A stretch of 64,000 bases of DNA from Akkermansiaceae bacterium (GCA_043716765.1 JAYSYA010000274.1:3082-67081), one strand, 5' to 3'. Positions 9,453-18,642 are shown, counted from the stretch's first letter. Numbers and translations: made by a program. The notes: generated by a model not told the origin, from the letters alone.

Positions 9453-12400
9453 GTTAAGGTAACTCGATCTCCGACTTCCACAAACAGGTCTGCGCTTCCG
9501 TCGGAGGCGACCGTCACTTCGTCGGCTAGCTCCAAGCTAGATTTTTCCTCCGCTTCGTTTTCAACCATCTCTTCGAAGATATCTTCCGTCTCCCACTGTG
9601 TGGTATCCTCAACCGCGCTCTGAAGACGGCGTTCTTCCAGAAAGTTTCTCAGACGTTCGGTTTCCTGGCGTGGGTTGTAGAACCAGTCTGTAGACCATAT
9701 TCGGTGGATGCGCCCCTTCCACCCAAGCGATTCGAGAATCTCTTGCCGGATGCGGTCGCGGTCCCGCACCGATGATCCACTGTGATACGTCGCCCCGTCG
9801 CACTCGATGCCGACCAGAAACTCACCGGGGCGGTCGGGATTGCGAACGGCCATGTCGATGAAAAATCCGGCCACGCCTAACTGGGGCTTAACTTCGTAGC
9901 CCAAGGCTGTCACCACGTTGGCCACCGAAATCTCGAAGTCGCTGTCGGGCTCCCGCTCGCCCTCGTCGGTAGTCACAAGCACTCCTCGTTTTGCGAAATC
10001 GAGGTAGTCGCGCAAAGCCTTGGTGCCGAGCGGAGTATGCATGTCGGTGACGATGTCCTCCGGCGCCATGGAAGTGAAAAGTTCGATCCGTCTTCTGGAA
10101 CGCGTGAAAAGCACGTTGAGGCGACGCCACCCATCGGGCCTGCTGATGGGACCGAAGTTTTGACGAAGTTTGTCCGTCCCTGGAGCTTTCCCGAATGTGG
10201 TTGAGATGAAGATAACGTCCCGCTCGTCACCCTGCACGTTTTCGAGGTTCTTGACGAAGAATGGCCAGCCTTCAGCTTCCCACCTGCCTATGAAATCGGC
10301 ACCCTCGTCGAAGGTTTTAAGTTTTTTGTCGAGCAGTTCCTCGATCAGTTCCCTTTGGGTTTGGTTAAGTGTTACAACGCCGAGCGATTCGTCGGGATGT
10401 TTGATCATGTGCTCGAGAACAGCGTCCACCAGACGTTGTGCCTCCGGAATGTTCTGCCGGTCTTTATATGAGCCACCTTTTACGTAGCGATACTTTACCC
10501 CGAGGCCTGGGCTCTTGGCATAGGGTGATGGGAAGACAATCAAGTTCTTGTAGAAGTGGTGATTCGAGAATGCGATGAGCGATTCGTGGTGCGACCGGTA
10601 ATGCCAGCGTAGGCTGCGCACCGGCGTGAAAAGCTGCTGGCAAATATCGAGGATACTTTCCATGCCGCTGATGGCGGCCGGAGCCTCGTCTTCGTCCTCG
10701 TCGTCTCCCGCATCTAGCATGCGGTCAAAGAAGTTGGTCGGAGGCAACTGCTTTGGATCTCCAACCACAACTAGCTGATACCCGCGGGCGATAGCACCCA
10801 AGGCATCTTCGGGGCGCAATTGGGACGCCTCGTCCATGACGACAAGATCGAACTTCAGAGCTCCCTGCTCAAGGTATTGGGCTACGGAGTGCGGTCCCAT
10901 CATGAAACAGGGTTTGAGTTCAAGGAGGGCATTGCCAGCCCGTTTCAGGAGTTGGCGGATTGGAATGTGACTGCGCTTTTTGCTGATTTCACGCCGCAGC
11001 AGGTGCATGTCGGTGAAGTCGCCCACGGTCGTACCTCGCTGCCCTTCTGGCACACAGGAACACAGTTCAATCTGGCTGGCGAAGTCTTTCCCGGTCAGTG
11101 AGATGATCTCTGCATCGAGGGCACTGAAATCTGATCGTGTCTTGTCGTGGGCTGCTCCATTGAACCGGGACAGCTCGGGGAATTCTTGATAAATTGATCT
11201 CCCGATGGATTGATAGACCGCAAACTCGAATGCATAGGCAAGGACCGACGAAGGCATTCTGCCGGATTCGAGGGCATCCGTGAAACTACCCAATCTTCTT
11301 TGGCGGGCTTGCTTTCGCAGCAAGAGATACTTCGACCAAGGAAGTATGGATCTCGGTGCGGCTGCCACAGTTTCCAGCCTGCCTGCTATTTCAGAGGGCG
11401 AATCGACCTTCAAGCCGGCCCGTACCTGTTTCTGCCATTCGCCCCACGAGAATGAACCGCGGGTTGCCAGACTCTCCAAGATCTCCCGCGCCTGGCGGCA
11501 CCCTTCGTCAATCTCACCGAAGAGTCTCTTGGCGAAATACAGCGCATCCGTTGCGTCTTCGGACAAAAGGCGTCTGCATACGGATGTCGGGAGTTCGAGT
11601 GCGCAAACGGCTTCGCCCCACTCGTGAGTCTGGGAAAGACGATCCAAATCCGTGGTGGCTCCATCGAACACCAGTCCGAGCAGGCGGCGCACATCTTCCG
11701 ATCCAGAGAAGCGGTCGAGAATGGATTTGGCCTCTGCTTCCTCAGCCGCAGCAGTAAAGACGTCTTTTGCGGAGGTTCCGTTTCGAGCGAAGGGGGAGAT
11801 TCGCTCGAGCACGCCCCTTGCAGCCAAAGCATCCTCGCGAGCGTGGACGACCATAGCGGGCCAGCCATCGAACTGGTTCCACTTTGGAATGGGCGCGAGC
11901 TTTGACCACGCAGCGTCGAATTCCGATTTTGCCGTGGCAAACTCTTGGGCGATGGACAAAGGAACTTGCTCTCCGGCGAACGTGAGCGCCTGTAAAGCCG
12001 TTTCAGCGGCGAGAGACGCATGAGCGGTTACTACGGGCAAAATCTCGGTCCAAGGGTCTCTTGCCAGACTTGCAAGATGGTCAAACTCCTCGCCTCCAGC
12101 TTCTTTGAGTTCTTTCTGCCCCCGCATCAGCAAGGCAAAGTCGGGCGCGGCCTCATCGAGTTCGGCCCTGGCTTCCATGAGGCTCAGCGCAATTATCGGA
12201 GAAAGTGCAATATCGGCTCGGACACCGAAGAACCCTGTTACTAGTCCGAGTCTTTCAACCGCCTCGGCCAGGAATTTTAACGCCATGTCCCACCCGTCCA
12301 CCCTGGCCTCGCGGAGTCCGGCAACCTCGGAGCCAAGGATGTTTCTAACGGACGCCTCAGCTTCTGCCAACCTTTCGGCAGCGGCTTTTACGGAATCTGC

Positions 12401-15400
12401 TTTAGCAGAAAGTTCGAGAAAGATGTTCGCGGGTATGGCTGTCAGATCGACCATGTCAACGAGACCGGGGCATTCGACAAGGAGGGCCTTGGCCGACCGG
12501 TACCAATCGTCAAGGCGGGCCATTTTCTCGGGATCCGTATCAAGTCCGCGAAATAGCCCGCCAAAGCATTCCTTAAATTCAGGATTGGAAACGAAGGCGT
12601 CGCTGGCCTCGATCCACTCGGCCAATCTCGCCAATTCGTCCGCGCGCTGACGTCCGGAAAGCTTGCGTTTGTCCTTTGAAAGTCCGGCATGGAGCTTCCT
12701 TGCCCTGCGGTAATCACTGTCAATGAGCGCGAAGAAGCCGTCCTTGCGGCGAAGGGCCGAAACAGCTGATTTGATTTCGGAGGGTGGTGGCAGAGCGTCC
12801 AAGTAAAGGAACGACTCGAATGACGCTCTGCGCTCCTTTTCGGCTGCTAGGGCTCCGCTGATTTTTTGAATCAGTTCTGTAGTCTGCGCTTGCCCGAAGG
12901 TTGGGCGTCGGTATTCGAGGAGATCGTCCGGAGCCAAAGCTGCGAGATTGGCAAGGACCTTGGCTTGGGCTACCGAACGGTCGGTCAGATCGAAAGTAAG
13001 GCCGAGCCGTTCGCTCACCTGTCGGCAGCAGGCCAGCGCTTCAGAGCAAGTTGCGATTTCGGCTTCCAACTGGGATTTCAGTCGTTCTATTTCTGCGACG
13101 GGTTTTGAGGCAAGGGGGAAGGACGCCAGATTGCGGGCCTCGGTGAGCGCTGCTGTGTCGACCGAGGCGTTTTTTGTAAGTCCGGGAAGCCAGTCCGGAT
13201 CGGCAAGACGGGTGACAGATTCCGGCGTGGTGTCGAACGGAAGACCGCGCCGCGAGGCTATAGCCCCGACACGTGAGACTGCGTCGGATAGGCTCTGGGC
13301 CGTTTTTAGAAGGCTCGCTGCGCGGGCGGATATTGAACGGATGGGCAAGTGGGATAAGCCTGCCGCTGAGACCTTTGCGGAATTCGAAAGAAAAGTGTCC
13401 AGTGCGGTTTTATCGATTGGTCCGTGGGGAGCTGCGGAGACACGAGCCGCAGACTCGAAACACTCCAAGGCCTTTTCTAGCCGATCTACGGTTTCCAAGG
13501 CACCACCGATGTCGGAAGCCATCAGGTTGGATGACAGCATCCGCTTTTCGGCCAACCTGCGCATATCGTCTATTTCGTCTGAGGCAAGTCTTGGGCCATC
13601 AGCTAGAATTCGCGCGGCTGATTCGAAGAGTCTTCGCGTCTTGGTAATGCCCGCAGCAACGTCCGACAACAGCCGCGAACTACGCTGGCCTTTTGGGTCC
13701 GATTCGGCGTCGAACATTCGCGCCAGCAGTGCGGGATCCGCCTTCTCGGGTATCGGGGGAATTCTGTCCAACTTCGTTCGCACCTTGGCAATCGAGGCTG
13801 TGTCTGGCTGCTCCCGGAAACCGAAATAGCTTACGACCTCGCGGGCTGAAATATCGGCACTGCGCGCATGATCCAGAGCCTGCTTGATCGTTCTGGCGAT
13901 GGCTTCATCGTCGGACGGAGCCAGCGGATCGGGCCGAAAACCCCACCACGGATGTCCTGAGTCGAAACGGCCAATCACGTCATGAAGATCGGCAAGGTCG
14001 GCTAACTGCGACCTGCGAGACTCGATGTCGTCTTGAGTCCACTTGGATGCATCAGGAAAGCCAATGGCGTTAACCTCCGCCGAAAGGTCGCCAAGCTCCT
14101 GCCGGCGGCGTTCTGCAGACCAAAATACTTCGTTGACCGTAAAACCCAGAGCATTGCCGACGCTGCTTCCCATTAGCTCGGCATACCGGGCAAGCTCGGA
14201 CTTCTTGCGCTTGAGTGTGGCCAGCTTTGCTTGGAACCTTGCGGGGGCTGGAAATCGTTCATCAATCCGCGCCTGAATATCCTCGAGGAGTTTTTTCTTC
14301 TGCGTCTTATGTGAATGCAGCTCGAGGCAAAAGTGGCCGAGACCAGCATGATTGAGGCGGTGGCGCACCACCTCGAGGGCTGCCAGCTTTTCGGAGACGA
14401 ACAGCACTTTCTTACCCGTCGAAAGGGCTGCGGCGATGATGTTGGTAATGGTCTGCGACTTGCCGGTTCCTGGCGGCCCGTTGATCACGAGGTTTTTGCC
14501 GGAAAGCACGTCTATGATCGCGCTGTGCTGCGACGAGTCGGCATCAAAGATAAGGGGTTGCGTGGCCTCTGGTCGCTGGTCGATGAGGTAGTCCTCGGCG
14601 TACAGCCCTCCGCCACCGCCTCCAGAGCGGCCCGAAAAAACTGACTTAATCAATTCGTGTTCGGTTAGTCCCGGGTTCTTCTTGGTGTCCAGATCAGACC
14701 AGATGGCGAGCTTGCCGAAGGAAAGCATGCCAAGGCTAATCTGTCGGCGCACCTTCCAGCGGCGCTTATTTTTGATCGCCTGCTCGATGCGGCTGAAATA
14801 GGCCTCCGGCTCTTCCTCTTCTTCAAACTCGGGGATGGAGAGTGTGAAATCGCGGCGCAGTTTTTCGCGCAAAGTGTGGTTCTCGGCCAGATCCTCACCG
14901 TTGTGCTGGACTGAATATTGATAGGTCCGCGTCTCCTGATCGATAGCACCCCTGGCGAGTGCCACCGGAAGCGAGAGGAGTGGAGCGAGCATCGCTCTCT
15001 CTGAGTCCTCGCTATCATAAAACTCGAGAAACCCGAACACCAGAAACAGCATGTTTGTACCGGTTTCTTCGATTGCCGTCTTTGCTTCACTGTTGATTTT
15101 ACGCAGCTGCTTCTCCAGCTCAGCCGGGTAAAACAAGGTTTGTAGCCCATGTAGCCTGCGTCCGCTGGCACCTGCCGGGTTCGGTTCGAACTCGAATGAA
15201 GGGGAGATACCCAGACGGGAGGCATGCAGCTTCACTTCAGGACGCTTTCCTTCGTAGGTATCGGGAGACGGCTCAGGAACGTATTTGAAGGGGACTCCCT
15301 TGCCGTCCATATAAAGTCGTGCGAACACTAAATTGATGTTGGGCTCGTCAGCAATCTGCACGCAGCGCCCCTTCGGATGTCGGAAGTTGAGCAAGCGATT

Positions 15401-15538
15401 GCGGGCGGAAAGGTCTAGCAGTCGCGTCCTTAGCCGCTCAATGGCTTCACCGACCGTAATGCCACCCGAGAAAATCTGGCCAACAAGCGTCTCCGCATCA
15501 TTTGCTTGGTAATCGCTGGTTTGAAGTTCGTCATCCAT
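9437..15538 (-). CDS. DUF4011 - SF1 helicase - Vsr/DUF559-like nuclease protein (Hhe-like), C-terminus probably truncated
   Basis: RLLDLSARNRLLNF (DUF4011); GPPGTGKSQT; VVMDEASQ; GDPKQLPPT; NVQGDERD; RRLNVLFTRSR; nuclease IDMAV...GIECDGATYHS...RIWSTDW. Start at ATG 15538 (MDDELQ). Codon usage is less GC-rich than the flanks. Confidence 0.88.
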   Translation of the reverse strand: MDDELQTSDYQANDAETLVGQIFSGGITVGEAIERLRTRLLDLSARNRLLNFRHPKGRCVQIADEPNINLVFARLYMDGKGVPFKYVPEPSPDTYEGKRPEVKLHASRLGISPSFEFEPNPAGASGRRLHGLQTLFYPAELEKQLRKINSEAKTAIEETGTNMLFLVFGFLEFYDSEDSERAMLAPLLSLPVALARGAIDQETRTYQYSVQHNGEDLAENHTLREKLRRDFTLSIPEFEEEEEPEAYFSRIEQAIKNKRRWKVRRQISLGMLSFGKLAIWSDLDTKKNPGLTEHELIKSVFSGRSGGGGGGLYAEDYLIDQRPEATQPLIFDADSSQHSAIIDVLSGKNLVINGPPGTGKSQTITNIIAAALSTGKKVLFVSEKLAALEVVRHRLNHAGLGHFCLELHSHKTQKKKLLEDIQARIDERFPAPARFQAKLATLKRKKSELARYAELMGSSVGNALGFTVNEVFWSAERRRQELGDLSAEVNAIGFPDASKWTQDDIESRRSQLADLADLHDVIGRFDSGHPWWGFRPDPLAPSDDEAIARTIKQALDHARSADISAREVVSYFGFREQPDTASIAKVRTKLDRIPPIPEKADPALLARMFDAESDPKGQRSSRLLSDVAAGITKTRRLFESAARILADGPRLASDEIDDMRRLAEKRMLSSNLMASDIGGALETVDRLEKALECFESAARVSAAPHGPIDKTALDTFLSNSAKVSAAGLSHLPIRSISARAASLLKTAQSLSDAVSRVGAIASRRGLPFDTTPESVTRLADPDWLPGLTKNASVDTAALTEARNLASFPLASKPVAEIERLKSQLEAEIATCSEALACCRQVSERLGLTFDLTDRSVAQAKVLANLAALAPDDLLEYRRPTFGQAQTTELIQKISGALAAEKERRASFESFLYLDALPPPSEIKSAVSALRRKDGFFALIDSDYRRARKLHAGLSKDKRKLSGRQRADELARLAEWIEASDAFVSNPEFKECFGGLFRGLDTDPEKMARLDDWYRSAKALLVECPGLVDMVDLTAIPANIFLELSAKADSVKAAAERLAEAEASVRNILGSEVAGLREARVDGWDMALKFLAEAVERLGLVTGFFGVRADIALSPIIALSLMEARAELDEAAPDFALLMRGQKELKEAGGEEFDHLASLARDPWTEILPVVTAHASLAAETALQALTFAGEQVPLSIAQEFATAKSEFDAAWSKLAPIPKWNQFDGWPAMVVHAREDALAARGVLERISPFARNGTSAKDVFTAAAEEAEAKSILDRFSGSEDVRRLLGLVFDGATTDLDRLSQTHEWGEAVCALELPTSVCRRLLSEDATDALYFAKRLFGEIDEGCRQAREILESLATRGSFSWGEWQKQVRAGLKVDSPSEIAGRLETVAAAPRSILPWSKYLLLRKQARQRRLGSFTDALESGRMPSSVLAYAFEFAVYQSIGRSIYQEFPELSRFNGAAHDKTRSDFSALDAEIISLTGKDFASQIELCSCVPEGQRGTTVGDFTDMHLLRREISKKRSHIPIRQLLKRAGNALLELKPCFMMGPHSVAQYLEQGALKFDLVVMDEASQLRPEDALGAIARGYQLVVVGDPKQLPPTNFFDRMLDAGDDEDEDEAPAAISGMESILDICQQLFTPVRSLRWHYRSHHESLIAFSNHHFYKNLIVFPSPYAKSPGLGVKYRYVKGGSYKDRQNIPEAQRLVDAVLEHMIKHPDESLGVVTLNQTQRELIEELLDKKLKTFDEGADFIGRWEAEGWPFFVKNLENVQGDERDVIFISTTFGKAPGTDKLRQNFGPISRPDGWRRLNVLFTRSRRRIELFTSMAPEDIVTDMHTPLGTKALRDYLDFAKRGVLVTTDEGEREPDSDFEISVANVVTALGYEVKPQLGVAGFFIDMAVRNPDRPGEFLVGIECDGATYHSGSSVRDRDRIRQEILESLGWKGRIHRIWSTDWFYNPRQETERLRNFLEERRLQSAVEDTTQWETEDIFEEMVENEAEEKSSLELADEVTVASDGSADLFVEVGDRVTLTYEQR

Positions 15539-15610
15539 GCTCTTCCGGAAAGTCACCAAATTACCTAGCAAATTCCCAGACTAGACAAGGGGGAATTCGT
15601 TTTCAGGGTA

Positions 15611-15730
15611 TCAATCCAAGAACTTCCCGGGATTCAAGATGCCGTTCGGATCGAACGCGTTCCTGAGCGCGCGGTGGGAAGGAGTCATCGCCGAGCGCAT
15701 GGCGGATCCAGGGCTTTTTGGCGAGGCCCA
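15611..15730 (-). pseudogene. 3' fragment of an FAD-linked oxidase (GlcD/FAD-oxidase_C type), frameshifted
   Basis: [18 protein letters not shown], then in another frame [21 protein letters not shown]. DPxGILNPGK is the family's hallmark C-terminus. Confidence 0.75.
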
Positions 15731-15732
15731 CC

Positions 15733-16117
15733 CTATCAGGTGGCTAAGCCCGGCGCATCAAGCTCGTCTCCGAACTCACTCAAGGCCGCGCTCATCCAGC
15801 CCAATTTCTATCTGATCGAAGAAGCCACCGTCGGCCTCCACCTCGAAGACGTCCAGCGCCTCATCGACGTCCTCCACCACCTCGTCGATGAGGGCCACAC
15901 CGTGGTCGTCATCGAGCACCACATGGCCGTCGCCGCCGAAGCTGACTGGATCCTCGACCTCGGCCCCTAAGCCGGCGACGGCGGCGGCCAGATCATCGCC
16001 CAAGGCCCGCCTGAAAAAATTGTGAAGTCCAAGACCTCCCGCACCGCGCCGTTTCTCAGGAAATCCTTAGGGAATTGGAGTTTCCCGCGATTTCCCAGCT
16101 TCAGCACGCTGAAATAA
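15733..16117 (+). pseudogene. uvrA: 3' fragment of a UvrA-type ABC ATPase with two nonsense codons and a frameshift
   Basis: [15 protein letters not shown] (TAA 15745), frame change, then [38 protein letters not shown]...[33 protein letters not shown] (TAA 15968). Confidence 0.85.
15985..16058 (+). repeat. uvrA 3'-end direct repeat, copy 1
   Basis: 74 bp, 65/74 identical to 17329-17402 by manual alignment. Confidence 0.9.
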
Positions 16118-16125
16118 GAAGGATC

Positions 16126-16177
16126 ATATTTTAAGTTCGGCTTTTAACTTGAAATATAAAAATCCATATTTCAAGTT
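16126..16177. promoter_or_regulatory. Palindromic operator-like site upstream of fic
   Basis: AACTTGAAATAT (16146-16157) N8 ATATTTCAAGTT (16166-16177) is a perfect 12-bp inverted repeat. An extra half-site ATATTTTAAGTT lies at 16126-16137. It ends 6 nt before the start codon. Confidence 0.6.
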
Positions 16178-16183
16178 TCTGCT

Positions 16184-17317
16184 GTGAACATCGAGGCATT
16201 CAAAGCAGGTCATCTGACCAAGCAATTCAAGTATTCCAGTTTTCAGCCGGAGACCATCAATCGGCAGTGGACTTGGCTGGATCCTGAGGTGAATGGACTG
16301 CTTTCCGAAGCAAATCGCTGGCTTGGCGAGCTGAACGCCTTCGGGAAAATCCTTCCTGACGTGGACACTTACATCCGGATGCACGCACTCAAAGAAGCCA
16401 ATGCGTCCAGCCGGATCGAAGGAACCCAGACGCGGATGGAAACCGCTGCCCGACCCATCGAGCAGGTAGAGCCGGAAAAGCGTGACGACTGGCAGGAGGT
16501 TCATCGCTATCTGGAAGCGATGGATCATGCCCTCGAAGGTTTGGGAAAGCTGCCGCTATCGAACCGGCTGCTTTGCCAGACCCACGCCATTCTGCTCGCG
16601 GGTGGACGGGGCGAAACAAAATCCCCCGGCGAGTTCCGCAGGAGCCAAAACTGGATCGGCGGATCCAGCCTCACCGACGCGGTGTTCATCCCTCCCCATC
16701 ACGACGATCTTCCCGCGCTCCTCACGGATCTTGAATCCTTCTGGCACAATGACGACATCCGGGTGCCCCACCTCATCCGGATCGCCATCAGCCACTATCA
16801 ATTCGAAACCATCCACCCGTTCCTTGATGGCAACGGGCGGATTGGCCGGCTGTTGATCACCCTTTATCTGATGGACAAGGAATTGCTGGTGAAGCCCTGC
16901 CTCTATCTATCCGATTTCCTCGAACGCCATCGGGACAGCTACTACGACGCCCTCACCGCCGTCCGCACCCGTAACGATCTGTTACACTGGGTTCGCTTTT
17001 TTCTGAGCGCTGTCCTTGAAACCGCGAAGGGTGCCGTGGCGACTTTCCGAAGCATCATGGAGCTGAAACAAGAGCTGGACGCGAAAATTCTTGGCTTGGG
17101 TCGCAGATCCGAAACCGGGACGCGTTTGCTCCAATACCTTTATATCAATCCTTATGTCGATGTGCCGGAAGTAACCAAGGCTCTCGGTATTTCTCCCGCC
17201 ACCGCCAACGCCTTGCTCGCCGAGTTTCTAAGGCTCGACATTCTAACTGAGCTTACCGGCTACCGGCGCAACCGCATCTTCCATTTCCACGCCTATTTCA
17301 AGCTTTTCCAGTCCTGA
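16184..17317 (+). CDS. Fic family protein (class II-like, C-terminal wHTH)
   Basis: Canonical HPFLDGNGRIGR; N-terminal inhibitory-type SSRIEG motif; PGEFRRSQNWIG; C-terminal HTH-like region ending GYRRNRIF. Confidence 0.92.
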   Translation: MNIEAFKAGHLTKQFKYSSFQPETINRQWTWLDPEVNGLLSEANRWLGELNAFGKILPDVDTYIRMHALKEANASSRIEGTQTRMETAARPIEQVEPEKRDDWQEVHRYLEAMDHALEGLGKLPLSNRLLCQTHAILLAGGRGETKSPGEFRRSQNWIGGSSLTDAVFIPPHHDDLPALLTDLESFWHNDDIRVPHLIRIAISHYQFETIHPFLDGNGRIGRLLITLYLMDKELLVKPCLYLSDFLERHRDSYYDALTAVRTRNDLLHWVRFFLSAVLETAKGAVATFRSIMELKQELDAKILGLGRRSETGTRLLQYLYINPYVDVPEVTKALGISPATANALLAEFLRLDILTELTGYRRNRIFHFHAYFKLFQS

Positions 17318-17328
17318 CCCGAAGACTA

Positions 17329-17402
17329 CGGCCAAATCATCGCCCAAGGCCCACCAGAGAAAATCGCCAGGTCCAAAACCTCCCGCACCGCGCCGTTTCT
17401 CA
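17329..17402 (+). repeat. uvrA 3'-end direct repeat, copy 2
   Basis: Encodes GQIIAQGPPEKIARSKTSRTAPFL, starts 11 nt after the fic stop, and reads on to TGA at 17420-17422. Confidence 0.9.
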
Positions 17403-17583
17403 AGATTGCTTTACGGCTTTGAAAAATGGACCGCGAGATTCTTCTCGCCCGAGGCCAACTGGAAGCGCGAAATTCATTCCGCGCGGAATTCTACGCATGC
17501 CTTTTCCCTCGCCATTCCCAGCCGGCGTTCACAACCTCCCGCAGCCTCCGGATCACCTGAGCCTCGCTAAAGCTTTCCCTGAA

Positions 17584-17775
17584 ATGTCCGTCCACTCGTC
17601 CCTCCAAAGCATCGGGAAACTCGAATCCGATCTCTGGGAAGCCGCGGACAACCTCCGCAGAATCGCTGAATGCAATTTCCTCCAACGCGAAACCCTCGCC
17701 CTCCAAAATCAAAGACTCCGCGCCGCGCGCGACCTGCTGCTGCCGAAGCCGATGAGCGGGGTGATCGAAGTTTGA
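17584..17775 (+). pseudogene. In-frame deletion scar: type I R-M HsdM N-terminus fused to HsdS C-terminus (63 aa)
   Basis: MSVHSSLQSIGKLESDLWEAADNLR (HsdM start motif LW.AAD.LR) joined at about 17659 to ...QNQRLRAARDLLLPKPMSGVIEV* (HsdS end motif RDLLLPKLMSGE). Confidence 0.8.
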
Positions 17776-17796
17776 TTCCAACCCGCCAACCATCCC

Positions 17797-18642
17797 ATGA
17801 TCCGTCCCCAAGATTCCGCCAGCGGCGGCAAGCCAGCATTCGATTCGAAGTCCTTGTTCCTGCAGCTCGAGCGTTCGCTTGGCAAGGTCCGGCCTGACGA
17901 GATCGGCGAGTCCCAGGAATGTTATTATGATGCGATGGAGGCCCGGACGGAGGAGGAGGCGCTTCGGCTTATGTCACGCGCGCTGGAACTCGATCCCGGG
18001 AATACGGACGCGTGGTTGCTGATGATGAGCCACACGCCGCCGCTGTCCGCGGACGAAGAGATCGGGACGCTGCGCAGGATCGTCGCGGGGGCGGAGGAGC
18101 GGATGGGCAAGCAGGCGTTCGAGGAATTCGCCGGTCATTTCTGGGGATTTGATGAAACCCGGCCCTACATGCGGGCGCGGGCCGCGCTGGCGGATGCGCT
18201 GCACCGTGCCGGGCGGATCGAGTCCGCCGCGGCGGAAGTGGAGGGCATGTTGGAGCTGAATCCGGGCGACAACCAAGGGCTGCGCTACCGCTTGCTGGGA
18301 ACCTATCTGGCCCTCGGGCGGATGGACGACGCCAGACGCCTGTTCGGCCAATATCCGGATGAGTTCGATTTCAACACGGTGTTCGCATGGGCGAAGGTGC
18401 TGGAGCGGTTCCTGTCCGGGAAACCGGCGGAGGCGTTGAAAGCGGTAATGGCAGCGGAAAGGCAGAATGGATTTTCAAAGAGCTATCTTCTGGGGCACCG
18501 GAAAATTCCCAAGAGCCTGCCGGATTCTTACGCGTCTGGCAGCAAGGAAGAGGCGGCATGTTTCGCCGGGGATCTGCAGTTGGCTTGGAATGCACATCCT
18601 GCGGCGAAGAAATGGCTGGCGGGCATGAATCCCAAAAAGTGA
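17797..18642 (+). CDS. Alpha-helical TPR-like hypothetical protein
   Basis: ALELDPGNTDAW, ETRPYMRARAALA, LNPGDNQGLRY TPR-like repeats. Intact 281-aa frame. Confidence 0.7.
   Translation: MIRPQDSASGGKPAFDSKSLFLQLERSLGKVRPDEIGESQECYYDAMEARTEEEALRLMSRALELDPGNTDAWLLMMSHTPPLSADEEIGTLRRIVAGAEERMGKQAFEEFAGHFWGFDETRPYMRARAALADALHRAGRIESAAAEVEGMLELNPGDNQGLRYRLLGTYLALGRMDDARRLFGQYPDEFDFNTVFAWAKVLERFLSGKPAEALKAVMAAERQNGFSKSYLLGHRKIPKSLPDSYASGSKEEAACFAGDLQLAWNAHPAAKKWLAGMNPKK

Noticed and set aside
9361-15970. Three in-frame TAA codons (9361-9363, 15745-15747, 15968-15970) where Gln/Glu is expected, suggesting stop-codon recoding
   Set aside because: TAA ends many intact genes here (e.g. 1641, 36908, 48055), and the same fragments also carry frameshifts and truncations. 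Ordinary nonsense mutations explain them.
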